Shown one piece after another: positions 9,571-18,711 of a stretch of DNA of 64,000 bases. Under the pieces are notes generated by a model. It did no database searches. It saw nothing but the letters and a program-made list of their open reading frames with translations, and was not told where the DNA came from. This DNA comes from a virus. The DNA lies in the IMG/VR virus record IMGVR_UViG_3300031414_000013, positions 1 through 64,000 of that record. One strand, given 5' to 3'. Within the stretch, counting starts at the first letter, position 1; each line of letters begins with the position of its first letter. The position numbers and the translations under genes were made by a program.

Positions 9571-10067
9571 TTAATGCTCCCTATTTGCCGACACTCGTCA
9601 AGCAAGGTTTCAAAGTTGATAGTTTCGTGGGACTTAGTGACGAATGATACTTTGGGTGCCAATGAATCAGCATCGAAGATCAGACCACTTTTAACATGAA
9701 CATTAGGTCGATAAGTAAAAATCCACCTATCTCCAATGGTAATATATATCCCACGTTTTAATGGAACGTTCCTCGCCCGGTTCGCACCAAACCCAAGTTG
9801 GCCATCCTGGTACCAGACGAGTTCATCATTATGGCACTCGGCGTATTTACGCAGGCACATTTTTATTAAGCCTTCACGTCGCCACTTATCAGAATGATCA
9901 CTCAGCCCAAATAAGGCAACGCCATTCTTGAACACGGCAATAACCACATCGCCGTAAACGTGATAGTCGCGACTGATGGTAACGATTGCGCCGTTAGTCG
10001 TTTCCGCAGAGATTTCCTTCAGAGACCCGCACGGCAGCATCGTTAGAGAGGTTGTGCTTTTCGACAT
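9567..10067 (-). CDS. Hypothetical protein
   Basis: 166 aa in operon. Confidence 0.65.
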   Translation of the reverse strand: MSKSTTSLTMLPCGSLKEISAETTNGAIVTISRDYHVYGDVVIAVFKNGVALFGLSDHSDKWRREGLIKMCLRKYAECHNDELVWYQDGQLGFGANRARNVPLKRGIYITIGDRWIFTYRPNVHVKSGLIFDADSLAPKVSFVTKSHETINFETLLDECRQIGSIK

Positions 10068-10662
10068 TATCTTTTTCCATTTTGACTAACATCGCATACG
10101 CCAAGAAAGCGCGGGTTAACATGGCTTCGCGCTGGAAACCGTTGCCGGGAAGGTACGCGGTGGCTGCACGCTGGATGTGCTCAACCAATGGCGTGTTCTC
10201 ACCCCACCAGGTATAGGCTTCGATACTGGCGTCGAGTTCTTCGTCGGTGAAGATTGCCTTAGGTGAAAGTTCCATCAAGACGCTAAGGTCGTTGAGGTAT
10301 GCTACCACACCACTATCAGTATAAAGGTGGTCTGGTATCTCCATCAGGCCATTACCCAGGTTTATCAACTTAGCATAAGTCTGGGCACGAACAACTTCAC
10401 TCTTCAGGACAGTGTAGTTCAGCTCACCTGCGAAAGAGAACTGAACTACATCACCAATCCATGAGCCACGAATATCGAAGCTAAGATCGCGATCTTTAAA
10501 ACCGATAGCGTCAATCAGTCCGGTTACATAATCACGAACTGGGGTGTTGGCGATGTGGGTCGGTGACATCTCGTAGCTGAGTTCTTTAGACTCGTTGATG
10601 ATGCCTTGAACCAATTCAACCAGCTTGCGTTGAATCTTTACGTAATCTTCGGTAGTTTCCAT
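9994..10662 (-). CDS. Hypothetical protein
   Basis: 222 aa, AAGGA RBS. Confidence 0.75.
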   Translation of the reverse strand: METTEDYVKIQRKLVELVQGIINESKELSYEMSPTHIANTPVRDYVTGLIDAIGFKDRDLSFDIRGSWIGDVVQFSFAGELNYTVLKSEVVRAQTYAKLINLGNGLMEIPDHLYTDSGVVAYLNDLSVLMELSPKAIFTDEELDASIEAYTWWGENTPLVEHIQRAATAYLPGNGFQREAMLTRAFLAYAMLVKMEKDNVEKHNLSNDAAVRVSEGNLCGND

Positions 10663-10685
10663 TTCTGGTTCCTTAATAGAAAGAG

Positions 10686-10796
10686 GGCATAAGGGGTACC
10701 CAATTAAGGGTACCCCTAGCGGCAGCGTAAGTAATGGAGGAAGAGGATAAGCGCGTGAGGTCGCCTTACTGTAATTGAGGGATTACAGTTTTCTCC
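10686..10796 (-). ncRNA. Candidate ~110-nt sRNA with C/U-rich anti-SD-like segments
   Basis: TATTATATG at 10796-10804; 8-bp hairpin 10768-10789 with CCCUCA loop; 10-bp terminator stem 10692-10717. Confidence 0.45.
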
Positions 10797-10847
10797 ATAT
10801 AATACAGGCTGTTATGTAAACTTTTACAATATGGGGTGTACACAGGA

Positions 10848-11261
10848 CTACGTGTACCGGCCCGTTCGCAGCAAGAATCGATGCCATAGTTCATGGTTGA
10901 TCTTACCGCAATCGAGTAAGTCGTTCATGACTAGCATCAAGTCACCTGCTGAATGCCGCAGACTATATTTGCGCTGCAAACAATACCCAGCATCGAGTAA
11001 CCCTGCCAGTCTACGAAGTGGTACCAGCCCTTTCATGTACTCAGGTACAAGCAGGCGACGTATCGCCTTACGCACACGACGTTTAGCAAACAGTCGCCAA
11101 CTGGGAATGCTGCTATGGATTTCGATAAAGGCTTCTGTAAACTTACCTTCTCTTATTTTGGTTAACACGTTTTCAGCCTGGATATCATTCAGGTCTGTGT
11201 TTTCCATTAAAGTCCAATATGCGTCGTTGTGCATTCCTTGGACCTCTGAGTCACGTAACAT
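10848..11261 (-). CDS. Hypothetical protein
   Basis: 137 aa, basic. Confidence 0.6.
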   Translation of the reverse strand: MLRDSEVQGMHNDAYWTLMENTDLNDIQAENVLTKIREGKFTEAFIEIHSSIPSWRLFAKRRVRKAIRRLLVPEYMKGLVPLRRLAGLLDAGYCLQRKYSLRHSAGDLMLVMNDLLDCGKINHELWHRFLLRTGRYT

Positions 11262-11278
11262 GGCTCGCCCCCTATTGT

Positions 11279-11962
11279 TTAGATACCTAATACAGTTTCG
11301 ATCAGTTCCGGTAGTGGTGTAACAAGGCGCAGTGAGTACTCCTGCGGCTCTTTGGTGTTCTGGGTAGACGTCGTATACCCAATCAGTTCATCCGTAACGC
11401 GGCACACAACCACGCTATCGCTTCCGTGAAGATCTTCAAAGCCGTCTGGGAAATAAAGATCCGCAACGGGAATCAAATCAACGTGGTGTGAGGTCAAAGC
11501 AGAACCTAACCCTTTGACCAGGTTGATATTCACATCGGCACGCAGAAGGATCGTACGGCCTGCCTTCAGCAACTGCTGATAAACGGCACAGGCATGGTCT
11601 GGGTCGTTGAACGACACATCGATGTTGACAGTGAAGGGTTGGATGCGTGCGCTTGAAATAACAGCGCGGACTTCCGGTGGGCGCTGAAGCTCGGCCTGGA
11701 AGACCAGTGAATACGCGCTCAGGAAGCGACTACGGAAACTGATCTTGTGGAGGACCTGACTTAACCCAATGGTCATCTCACCTACACATTCCCCATCACG
11801 GGTAATCAGTGCGTACTCAGGACGACTCTGATCTTGAATAATACGGTAGCCCGCCAGTGGGCCAACAACCTGCTTCACTGTGGTCGGCAGGTCGGCTTCG
11901 CCAGACATTGAGCCTGCACCGAAACCGAACGGCGTGATAACCAATGGACCTTGTTGCTGCAT
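11279..11962 (-). CDS. Hypothetical protein
   Basis: 227 aa, GAGG RBS. Confidence 0.75.
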   Translation of the reverse strand: MQQQGPLVITPFGFGAGSMSGEADLPTTVKQVVGPLAGYRIIQDQSRPEYALITRDGECVGEMTIGLSQVLHKISFRSRFLSAYSLVFQAELQRPPEVRAVISSARIQPFTVNIDVSFNDPDHACAVYQQLLKAGRTILLRADVNINLVKGLGSALTSHHVDLIPVADLYFPDGFEDLHGSDSVVVCRVTDELIGYTTSTQNTKEPQEYSLRLVTPLPELIETVLGI

Positions 11963-11974
11963 TTTCTAAACCTC

Positions 11975-12352
11975 TTAAACTATTGGTTTCCAAACCGGTT
12001 GTGAGTTTTTACCCTTGTGTTCATAATACGCTGTCAGGCGCATGATTAAAAAGGTAGCATGTTTAATTACTTCGAGTATCTTGTCTTTGGAAATGGCATT
12101 GACCAGATCTTTAGCTAACAGATCAATTGGTTTACCTGCATCCTGCCCAAAAGCATTGCTGTCGATAGTCAGATCTTCATCGGTAATACCGGTGGCCTTC
12201 AGACGGACTTCGCAATACGAGTTTATGATTTCCAGCTTATCCAAACACAAGCGTACCGTAGATTCTTCTGGGACGCCCATAGCGTCGATTTTTTCACACA
12301 GCTTCAAAAGGGTTCTCACCGAATTGAATGTGTGTACGTCAAGATAGTTCAC
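11975..12352 (-). CDS. Helical hypothetical protein (paralog of 12349-12702)
   Basis: P(I/L)DL(L/V)A...IMRL pattern shared with neighbour. Confidence 0.7.
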   Translation of the reverse strand: MNYLDVHTFNSVRTLLKLCEKIDAMGVPEESTVRLCLDKLEIINSYCEVRLKATGITDEDLTIDSNAFGQDAGKPIDLLAKDLVNAISKDKILEVIKHATFLIMRLTAYYEHKGKNSQPVWKPIV

Positions 12353-12702
12353 GATCCACCCTCAAGCACACTGAGCGTCGTAGCTAGTCTAATGGTCATC
12401 AAACCCGCTAACTGATGCACTCGTAAGAAGTCTTTTGAATTCGTAGCCTTTTTGATATGCTTTTTGAATTCTTCCGCAACCAGGTCTAACGGGTAATCCC
12501 GCAAGCCTGCCATATACGCTACCTCAGCCAAACCTTGCGCTGAAGCGATGTTACTACGGGGAAACTCGACATTGGCACTTGCTTCAACCACTGACACCAT
12601 ACACAGCCTTATCATTTCCGGCGTGTAACGCATCAGTGCATCTGCTAAACGTAAGCGAGAGATCATCCCGTCGACGATAGCAATAGATTTTTGTTTGTTC
12701 AC
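12349..12702 (-). CDS. Helical hypothetical protein (paralog of 11975-12352)
   Basis: GTG start, AAGGAG RBS. Confidence 0.7.
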   Translation of the reverse strand: MNKQKSIAIVDGMISRLRLADALMRYTPEMIRLCMVSVVEASANVEFPRSNIASAQGLAEVAYMAGLRDYPLDLVAEEFKKHIKKATNSKDFLRVHQLAGLMTIRLATTLSVLEGGS

Positions 12703-12710
12703 CTTCTAAC

Positions 12711-12898
12711 TCCTTTTAGCGGTGGCTAAGGCCACCTAAATAGTTGTAGACTCTTAAAGGTCCACACATGCCGTTAGTCACTGTATGACTAACTAAAAGG
12801 ATAGATACTACGTATCTAGTTTACTAAAGAAATTTCCCTCTTTGTTTGGCGTTTGTTTTGTCGCTCTACCCTTTCGAGTAGAGCTATCGCAATTAAGC
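12711..12898 (-). promoter_or_regulatory. Structured 5' leader with five hairpins and an RBS-sequestering stem
   Basis: Hairpins 12721-36, 12746-65, 12773-93, 12802-18, 12863-84; 12711-18 pairs with 12794-801; TATG at 12898-12901. Confidence 0.55.
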
Positions 12899-12925
12899 AT
12901 AAAATCACTACTCGGTGGTAAAAGA

Positions 12926-14056
12926 TTACTTCTTCGATGTGTGGTTTTCGAGAATCTCAATAAGCTTAGGGTCGCTAGCTGCAAACTTACCAAGGGTTCT
13001 TAGGTTATGGACAAGCTCACTCACTTGGAATGTTTCAATGTCCTTGCCGTAGTAATCGAAAACACCACCATCACGAACACCGCTATTTCGCAGACTACGT
13101 GCAGTGTTGCTCGTTAGGATATTATTACGGTAATTATCGATGAAGGTATAGATGCGTACCTCTGCACCGGATAGGAATCTCATGAGATGTTGGGTAGCAC
13201 GACGAATATCGCGCGGTGGGTTTTTACACACACTGAGATAACCCGCCAGATCACGTAAGGTCATCTTATTGACTTCCTGTGCCTTAAGGCCGGAACAATG
13301 ACGAAGCCATTCATAGATAACGTTCATGTTACCAATAAGAGATCTGGAGGTGGGTGCGCGCCCCCAGGTACGCACCCTGCTATAAGCATCAGTCCCAACC
13401 AAGTGTTCTAAGGTATGGCCAGTGAGTCTCTCCAGAACCACATCGCCTTCCTCAAAGCGACCGTTGATAACATACTCCATAAAGCATAGAAGCTCCACGA
13501 AGTAGCCATTAGCACAAAGTACAAGTTTAGAAGTAACGGCCAGGACATCCGGCGTGAATGTCCATGGTTTCGGTACCGACTCGTACGTTAACCCGACGTT
13601 TTGCATGGCGCGCTCGATCTTATCGACCTCGCTCACATTTGCGGGAACGGGCCACCAGTATATATCGGGGTCTGATAGACTACCTGCCTGTAGGTTTATG
13701 TTTACCCCACCCGGCTTACGGTCAACGACTTCGATGTCCAAAGCATAGATCTCACCAGGATCATCTACTTCGACAGCTTCTGTAAAGTTAGTCTCCGGTT
13801 CATTGAACGGAAATAACTCAGCGCCCACAGTAACAACTACCCAGTCGTCCTGGGTAGTCGCTGGAGTTACGATAACGTCAGCGGGTGTAGTTTGCACAGT
13901 TGGCGCATCCGTTTGTGTCGGCTCAACTGGTTCCACTGACTCATCAGCAGTTTCTTCAGACGCAGAATCGAAAACGTTGGTAACATACAGCACAATACCC
14001 GCTGCTGCTGCCAGTACCGCAAGCCCGATCGTGGACCCTACAAGCAGTTTATTCAC
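12926..14056 (-). CDS. N-terminally membrane-anchored hypothetical protein
   Basis: Hydrophobic N-terminal helix, acidic/Pro-Thr linker; GGAGGT RBS. Confidence 0.75.
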   Translation of the reverse strand: MNKLLVGSTIGLAVLAAAAGIVLYVTNVFDSASEETADESVEPVEPTQTDAPTVQTTPADVIVTPATTQDDWVVVTVGAELFPFNEPETNFTEAVEVDDPGEIYALDIEVVDRKPGGVNINLQAGSLSDPDIYWWPVPANVSEVDKIERAMQNVGLTYESVPKPWTFTPDVLAVTSKLVLCANGYFVELLCFMEYVINGRFEEGDVVLERLTGHTLEHLVGTDAYSRVRTWGRAPTSRSLIGNMNVIYEWLRHCSGLKAQEVNKMTLRDLAGYLSVCKNPPRDIRRATQHLMRFLSGAEVRIYTFIDNYRNNILTSNTARSLRNSGVRDGGVFDYYGKDIETFQVSELVHNLRTLGKFAASDPKLIEILENHTSKK

Positions 14057-14415
14057 ACTTCACCTCCTAGGGCATATGGTATATTGAGTGCCTTACAAAC
14101 CGCGATCAGATATTCCACCAACAGATGTCGGTGACAGAACTTACCAGCCTTGCAGTAGCAAGCAATGGCAATCTTATCCTTAGATAGCAGAGCAAGCCAC
14201 TGGTCTTTGTGTTGCACAAAAGACTGGCGCATTAAGTGGTGATAGGCTACGGTGTACGCAGCTTCCGAAATCGTTCCGTCCTTGACACCCATTACGATGT
14301 CCCAGGTTGGTGCGAATTCCGACATACCGTCTTTTACGGTAGTGTTGATTAACTCTATCCCCAGTTCTTTACACTTTCTCCACTGTGCAATCTGCACTGT
14401 GTAGATCGTTACCAT
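14053..14415 (-). CDS. DUF488-like protein
   Basis: FAPTWDI...Y...Y and ACYC...FCHRHLL motifs. Confidence 0.7.
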   Translation of the reverse strand: MVTIYTVQIAQWRKCKELGIELINTTVKDGMSEFAPTWDIVMGVKDGTISEAAYTVAYHHLMRQSFVQHKDQWLALLSKDKIAIACYCKAGKFCHRHLLVEYLIAVCKALNIPYALGGEV

Positions 14416-14564
14416 TCAGATACGTCCGGTTCGTTTGGATCAGTGAATGGGCGGGTGAAATCACTTGCACCCTCAACCTGAGTTTCGATGTACGCCATGC
14501 GGTCATCGATGTCAGGGAATCGCTCAGAAAGTTCGCGATGGTATTCTTCAGCTTCACGGCACAT
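14409..14564 (-). CDS. Small acidic protein, 51 aa (not in ORF track)
   Basis: GAGG RBS, MCREAEEYHRELSERFPDIDD...; stop overlaps next start. Confidence 0.6.
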   Translation of the reverse strand: MCREAEEYHRELSERFPDIDDRMAYIETQVEGASDFTRPFTDPNEPDVSEW

Positions 14565-14617
14565 ATTTTCTACCTCTTTGAAAATAAGTAATTTTTTACT
14601 TATTGAGTTTATTCTAT

Positions 14618-14805
14618 GAGAGAAATGCTCTCAATGGTTAACGCAACAGTCATGCAGCCTCAGATGAGTGCAGCAATGCAGATGTTGACCAGATGTAGGG
14701 GGCGGCTCCTGTGATCATTGCCTGATAACAGGCGCTTGAGATATCGGGAAGCCGCCGCCACACGAAGACAAACGGGGAGCACCTTCGGGTGTTCCTCTTA
14801 TGCCT
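14618..14805 (+). ncRNA. Candidate ~185-nt structured RNA (or Met-rich leader peptide 14616-14714)
   Basis: TATG at 14615-18; 5' hairpin GAGAG/CTCTC; 3x CAGATG; GGCGGCT/AGCCGCC long stem; terminator 14775-14797. Confidence 0.45.
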
Positions 14806-14854
14806 TCACTCTAATAATGTGTATCTGTAAATACACTGAGCCTGAGGAGGGCAT

Positions 14855-15415
14855 ATGCGAGTACTGTGGTACTTAAGTTGGTTCCCACTTGCCATAGTGG
14901 CAGTGGTCGTGGGGTTGCTTGCATACCCCTTGGTTCCCATAGCAGTTCTTTTACGTAAGAACGAGAAACTGCCGTGGTATTTCTGGTGGCTGGAAACGTA
15001 CGATAACCCGATTTACGGTGAACCGTCTCATATCCGGCGATGGCAATCGTTTGTCTCGGCTCATCCGTTGATTGGTCCATATGTACAACGGGTCGCCTGG
15101 CTTTGGCGCAACAAAGCGTATAACTTTGATTACTGGATTTGTGGTCGCGACTACGGGGCACCTTTCCGATTGTGGGGGAATCCACACACGGAGTCGGGCT
15201 ACCCTAGCGCCGTTCCCGGATACGTATTCATAACTACTCCCAAGACCTGGTGTCTGTTCGCATTCCTCCCTCTGCTTACCATAGGTAGCTATCGTTATTA
15301 CTTACGATTGTATCTGGGGTGGAAAACCAAAAAGCTGGGTACGTACCCCACGGCTAACGAACACGCGATGTTGGCCAGCCACATCAATCCGTTCAGACGG
15401 ATAAAAATAAAATAG
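14855..15415 (+). CDS. Trp-rich membrane protein of a phage family
   Basis: N-terminal TM helix, W..T.DN...G, WLWRN.AY and YLGWK motifs; GAGGAG RBS; followed by terminator. Confidence 0.75.
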   Translation: MRVLWYLSWFPLAIVAVVVGLLAYPLVPIAVLLRKNEKLPWYFWWLETYDNPIYGEPSHIRRWQSFVSAHPLIGPYVQRVAWLWRNKAYNFDYWICGRDYGAPFRLWGNPHTESGYPSAVPGYVFITTPKTWCLFAFLPLLTIGSYRYYLRLYLGWKTKKLGTYPTANEHAMLASHINPFRRIKIK

Positions 15416-15423
15416 CGCATAGT

Positions 15424-15452
15424 TACCCTCTACCCCGCAAAGGGTAGAGGGT
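15424..15452. terminator. Terminator between convergent genes
   Basis: ACCCTCTACCC/GGGTAGAGGG stem then TTTTATGCCG. Confidence 0.85.
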
Positions 15453-15461
15453 TTTATGCCG

Positions 15462-16331
15462 TTAGAACTCTGATGCCCGCAGGTCAGCAAGGAGCTTATC
15501 GTAATCGTTGGTTTCTTCGAAACTGTCCAGGATATCCAACAGTCCAACCGGGAAATCACGAAGACCTTCTGGGAATGCACACGCTAAAGTCAGTATGTTA
15601 TCGCGACGCTCTTTTTCATCACCATAGGTCTCAACGTTCCACAGTACAATGGATGCAGCATTGATCGCATTGAAGACGTCATGACTGAAGTTATGTTCGT
15701 TACCCTGGAGTTCCAACAGACCAGCAATATTAATAGCTGTAAAGCCCTCTGACGCCTTGAACTGTTTAGCCAGGGCAAAGACCTTATCGTTGATCTTACA
15801 CAGCGTGCGTGCCGATACAAGCTGCCGTGGAGTAACAAACACATTGAAGTGACGACGATCATCACCGCGAGTGAAACGTGGATACGTACCACCATCCATT
15901 GGCCGACGAACAGTACCTGTGATCAGTCTTGGTACCGCAGTATCGGACATGTTGTCAGCGGTAACACGACGGGTGATGAAGGTGTTCATCTTCTCTAACA
16001 GTTCAGTCCACTGGTTCTTGAACTCGTCAGGGAATTCACAGGACGGGAACATTACGCTATCCAGAGTACCATCGTAGTTAGCCACTACCCAGTTACCCGC
16101 CAACAGGATGGAGCGAGCACAGGTTTGACAACGACGGTAGTGTTCTGCTTCTTCTGTATCTGGTAGCAGAGTATAGAAGTAGTGCAGGATAGCTTTAGTA
16201 TCTACACCTACGGTACAATAAGGAAGCTGAATGCCCTCTTCGTCCGTATCCCACATCGCCATCTGTCCCTGCATGATAATAGCGTGCAGTTCGTCAGGGC
16301 CAACTGATGTGATTTTATTCTGTTCGTTCAT
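15462..16331 (-). CDS. Hypothetical protein with H..CxxC motif
   Basis: 289 aa, AAGGA RBS, HYRRCQTC. Confidence 0.75.
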   Translation of the reverse strand: MNEQNKITSVGPDELHAIIMQGQMAMWDTDEEGIQLPYCTVGVDTKAILHYFYTLLPDTEEAEHYRRCQTCARSILLAGNWVVANYDGTLDSVMFPSCEFPDEFKNQWTELLEKMNTFITRRVTADNMSDTAVPRLITGTVRRPMDGGTYPRFTRGDDRRHFNVFVTPRQLVSARTLCKINDKVFALAKQFKASEGFTAINIAGLLELQGNEHNFSHDVFNAINAASIVLWNVETYGDEKERRDNILTLACAFPEGLRDFPVGLLDILDSFEETNDYDKLLADLRASEF

Positions 16332-16380
16332 TTTGATTCCTTAAGGGCAAAAGTGGGAGGCCGAAGCCTCCCTGTGTTTG

Positions 16381-17466
16381 TTAAGCAAAAGGCACAGACG
16401 TGGGCAGATTCTCAAATTCCCACGCACCACGATACTTATCGCGAGTAACGCGCAGTGCATCGATTGACAGAACAACGTCCGCTTCCATGGTGTGTGGAAT
16501 GTGGTGCGGTTCCATCATGAAGCAGTGCGGCTGACAGGCCAGAATACCGATAGCCACTTTATTCTCTTCAACTGCACGAGTGCGGTGGTTGCGAACCATA
16601 GAACGATCGCTCGCCGCGTTATAGAAGATAAAGTCCGGAGACTCGTTGTCACCCCAATCGAGATTACGATCCAACCATGCCGTAATGTCTTGCAGTTTGT
16701 ACTGACCAGCATTGAATGCAACCAGTAACAGATTGCCCGGAATAAGGCCGAGTTCATCAGGGATCAGTTCTTTGAGAACCGGAGATGAGAACACCGCCGC
16801 TGGTGCTGGTCGCACATACGGCTCGAGCGCTTCTTCTACTTCAGCGGGTTCAGTGAAGTTAACCGCAGTCGCGTCTGCCACCTGGAACTGTTGTTCGCCG
16901 GTACGACCTTTGATTACATCAACCAGAGTAGTACCTTGGGCGTCCAGTTCAGAATCCAGCAGAGTGATCGGATCTTCTGACTTCTCTTTAGCTGTAATTT
17001 CCAAACCGTGTTCTTTCGCCATGTCTACCATAGCGTCTTCAGCTGTGACGACATCACCATCGCCAACTAACCCGGACTCAACCTGCATAGGTTGCACACG
17101 ACCATATGCCTGTTCCAAAGGCACAACACTGGATGTCGGAGTAGACAGAGCAATGGTGCGAGTTTCGAAAGGTACGTCGTTGACCTTACGCTTCAACTCT
17201 TCCCACTTTTCCATACCGCCGAATGCTTCGATCTGTTCAGCAGTGGGTTCGTCATCGGGCAGACGTAGTTTACCCGCTTCAGCGTCAGCCTGGAAACGCG
17301 CGAATGCTTCAGGATCGATAGAGTATCCCTCAGGTGGCGTACCCGCCTCAGGAACTTTACCTACAGCTGCCGCTGGGATAGACAGGGTTTCATCAGTAGT
17401 CTGACTTTCGTCGGTGACTGTTGCTGAAACGTTAGCTGGTTTCTTACTTTTATTTTTCTTCGCCAT
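16381..17466 (-). CDS. Acidic protein with possible degenerate DnaB/RecA-like C-terminal remnant
   Basis: GLIPGNLLLVA and EADVVL...RDKYRG; GAGGT RBS. Confidence 0.6.
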   Translation of the reverse strand: MAKKNKSKKPANVSATVTDESQTTDETLSIPAAAVGKVPEAGTPPEGYSIDPEAFARFQADAEAGKLRLPDDEPTAEQIEAFGGMEKWEELKRKVNDVPFETRTIALSTPTSSVVPLEQAYGRVQPMQVESGLVGDGDVVTAEDAMVDMAKEHGLEITAKEKSEDPITLLDSELDAQGTTLVDVIKGRTGEQQFQVADATAVNFTEPAEVEEALEPYVRPAPAAVFSSPVLKELIPDELGLIPGNLLLVAFNAGQYKLQDITAWLDRNLDWGDNESPDFIFYNAASDRSMVRNHRTRAVEENKVAIGILACQPHCFMMEPHHIPHTMEADVVLSIDALRVTRDKYRGAWEFENLPTSVPFA

Positions 17467-17677
17467 TTGATACCTCACAACTTTCTGTATGTGTACCGAA
17501 GGTGGACATCACTTCCACCATGTGTGCTGTTACTACCGGAAGTGCCCCCTCAGGCACCGTGTCAGTTAACACCATGTCTTCACCTACCAGACCAAGTGAT
17601 ACCAACATATACCGGCTATCGGGACCACGCGCGCGTCCAATACTGAACTGCGCTATCTGCTCACCCACCATAACCAC
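17450..17677 (-). CDS. Small hypothetical protein
   Basis: 75 aa filling the operon gap. Confidence 0.5.
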   Translation of the reverse strand: MVMVGEQIAQFSIGRARGPDSRYMLVSLGLVGEDMVLTDTVPEGALPVVTAHMVEVMSTFGTHTESCEVSNGEEK

Positions 17678-18701
17678 CTACCTTATCGACAATCCAGTCT
17701 GGACTGATCACTTCACCTTCGACGTCACCGTCTTCGGTATCTTTATATTCAATATTCAAATCAGCGCTACGCCAGAACACTGTGCCCGGGTGTAACACCA
17801 ATCCATTCCCACAAAAACCAATGCCCGCTTCAGAATAGAAGATCTCTTCAATCTGAGGGATGCGTTCACTGAGTTTATCGTAATAGTCCTCATTAGGCGG
17901 AGACCACGCCGTGTCAAAGTCAACGAAGACCTTGCCATTATTTTCGTCCACCCCAACATGAAACGTAAAACCTGGCCACTTAGTTCCATACTTAGAAACA
18001 TAGCTACCGTAGGACGAATCGAGTGACCCCAACCGACCTAGACGCAATGGGTTATCTGGCTCTGGTGCCTTCATGTGTCCATTGAAGCCGTTGATCTCCG
18101 GCAATACGTCTGGCGGGATAGTTTCAAACATGTCGTGATAACCATCTGGCGCAGACAGTTCTTTAACCTGAGTGGCGACCTCTTCACCTTTACGGTAGTA
18201 GTGGTTAAGCCAGTCGAAGTAGCGATCATTGATCGAAGGATATTCGCTGAAGCTACTGTTACCGATCGAGTAGTCAAAGAACACTTCTTTGAATAGATCC
18301 ATACTTTGCTTCCAGGACTCAGACGCAGCGACACATTCAATTAATGTATCTACTGTATCGAAGAACTGACGACTACTGGCAAAGGCAACCAGGCGAGTGA
18401 GTTTGTCAGTGTCAAACACCCCCTTCAATTCCAACACCAGATCAGACGCTTCATGGTCTACTGGTTTATTGAAGTCAATACGCGCACCACCGTGCTTAGT
18501 CATCCAGGTTAACGGGGCATGACCATAGCACTCACCGCGTACACGAATCACACCAGAGAATACCAGCAGGAATAATGCACGGGCTGAGTGAACCCCGTGC
18601 GCTAACAGTTCAGTGAACCCCGTAGAGTCCATGGCCTGAATAGCATCCTCCTTCGTCATACCCGGTTTGAGATAGATACGATTGGAACACCAATTTGGCA
18701 T
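17661..18701 (-). CDS. DUF1281/YubB ferredoxin-like family protein
   Basis: MPNWCSN N-terminus, YGTKW, FDTAWSPP, YSEAGIGFCG. Confidence 0.85.
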   Translation of the reverse strand: MPNWCSNRIYLKPGMTKEDAIQAMDSTGFTELLAHGVHSARALFLLVFSGVIRVRGECYGHAPLTWMTKHGGARIDFNKPVDHEASDLVLELKGVFDTDKLTRLVAFASSRQFFDTVDTLIECVAASESWKQSMDLFKEVFFDYSIGNSSFSEYPSINDRYFDWLNHYYRKGEEVATQVKELSAPDGYHDMFETIPPDVLPEINGFNGHMKAPEPDNPLRLGRLGSLDSSYGSYVSKYGTKWPGFTFHVGVDENNGKVFVDFDTAWSPPNEDYYDKLSERIPQIEEIFYSEAGIGFCGNGLVLHPGTVFWRSADLNIEYKDTEDGDVEGEVISPDWIVDKVGGYGG

Positions 18702-18711
18702 CGTTGTCCTC

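Noticed and set aside
12711-12801. Cloverleaf as a true tRNA gene
   Set aside because: No TTC(G/A)A T-loop, no D-loop GG, no 7-nt anticodon loop and no CCA
14369-14557. ORF-track 62-aa ORF
   Set aside because: The alternative frame 14409-14564 has an RBS, an ATG start and coupling to the next gene
14661-14695. CAGATG repeats as CsrB-like CsrA sites
   Set aside because: They lack the GGA core needed for CsrA binding; kept only as a generic repeat
16712-17404. 230-aa + strand ORF, and similar long antisense ORFs such as 60776-61489, 20048-20608, 24247-24783, 34648-35163 and 37342-37872
   Set aside because: Shadows of minus-strand genes; biased composition, no RBS, no motifs
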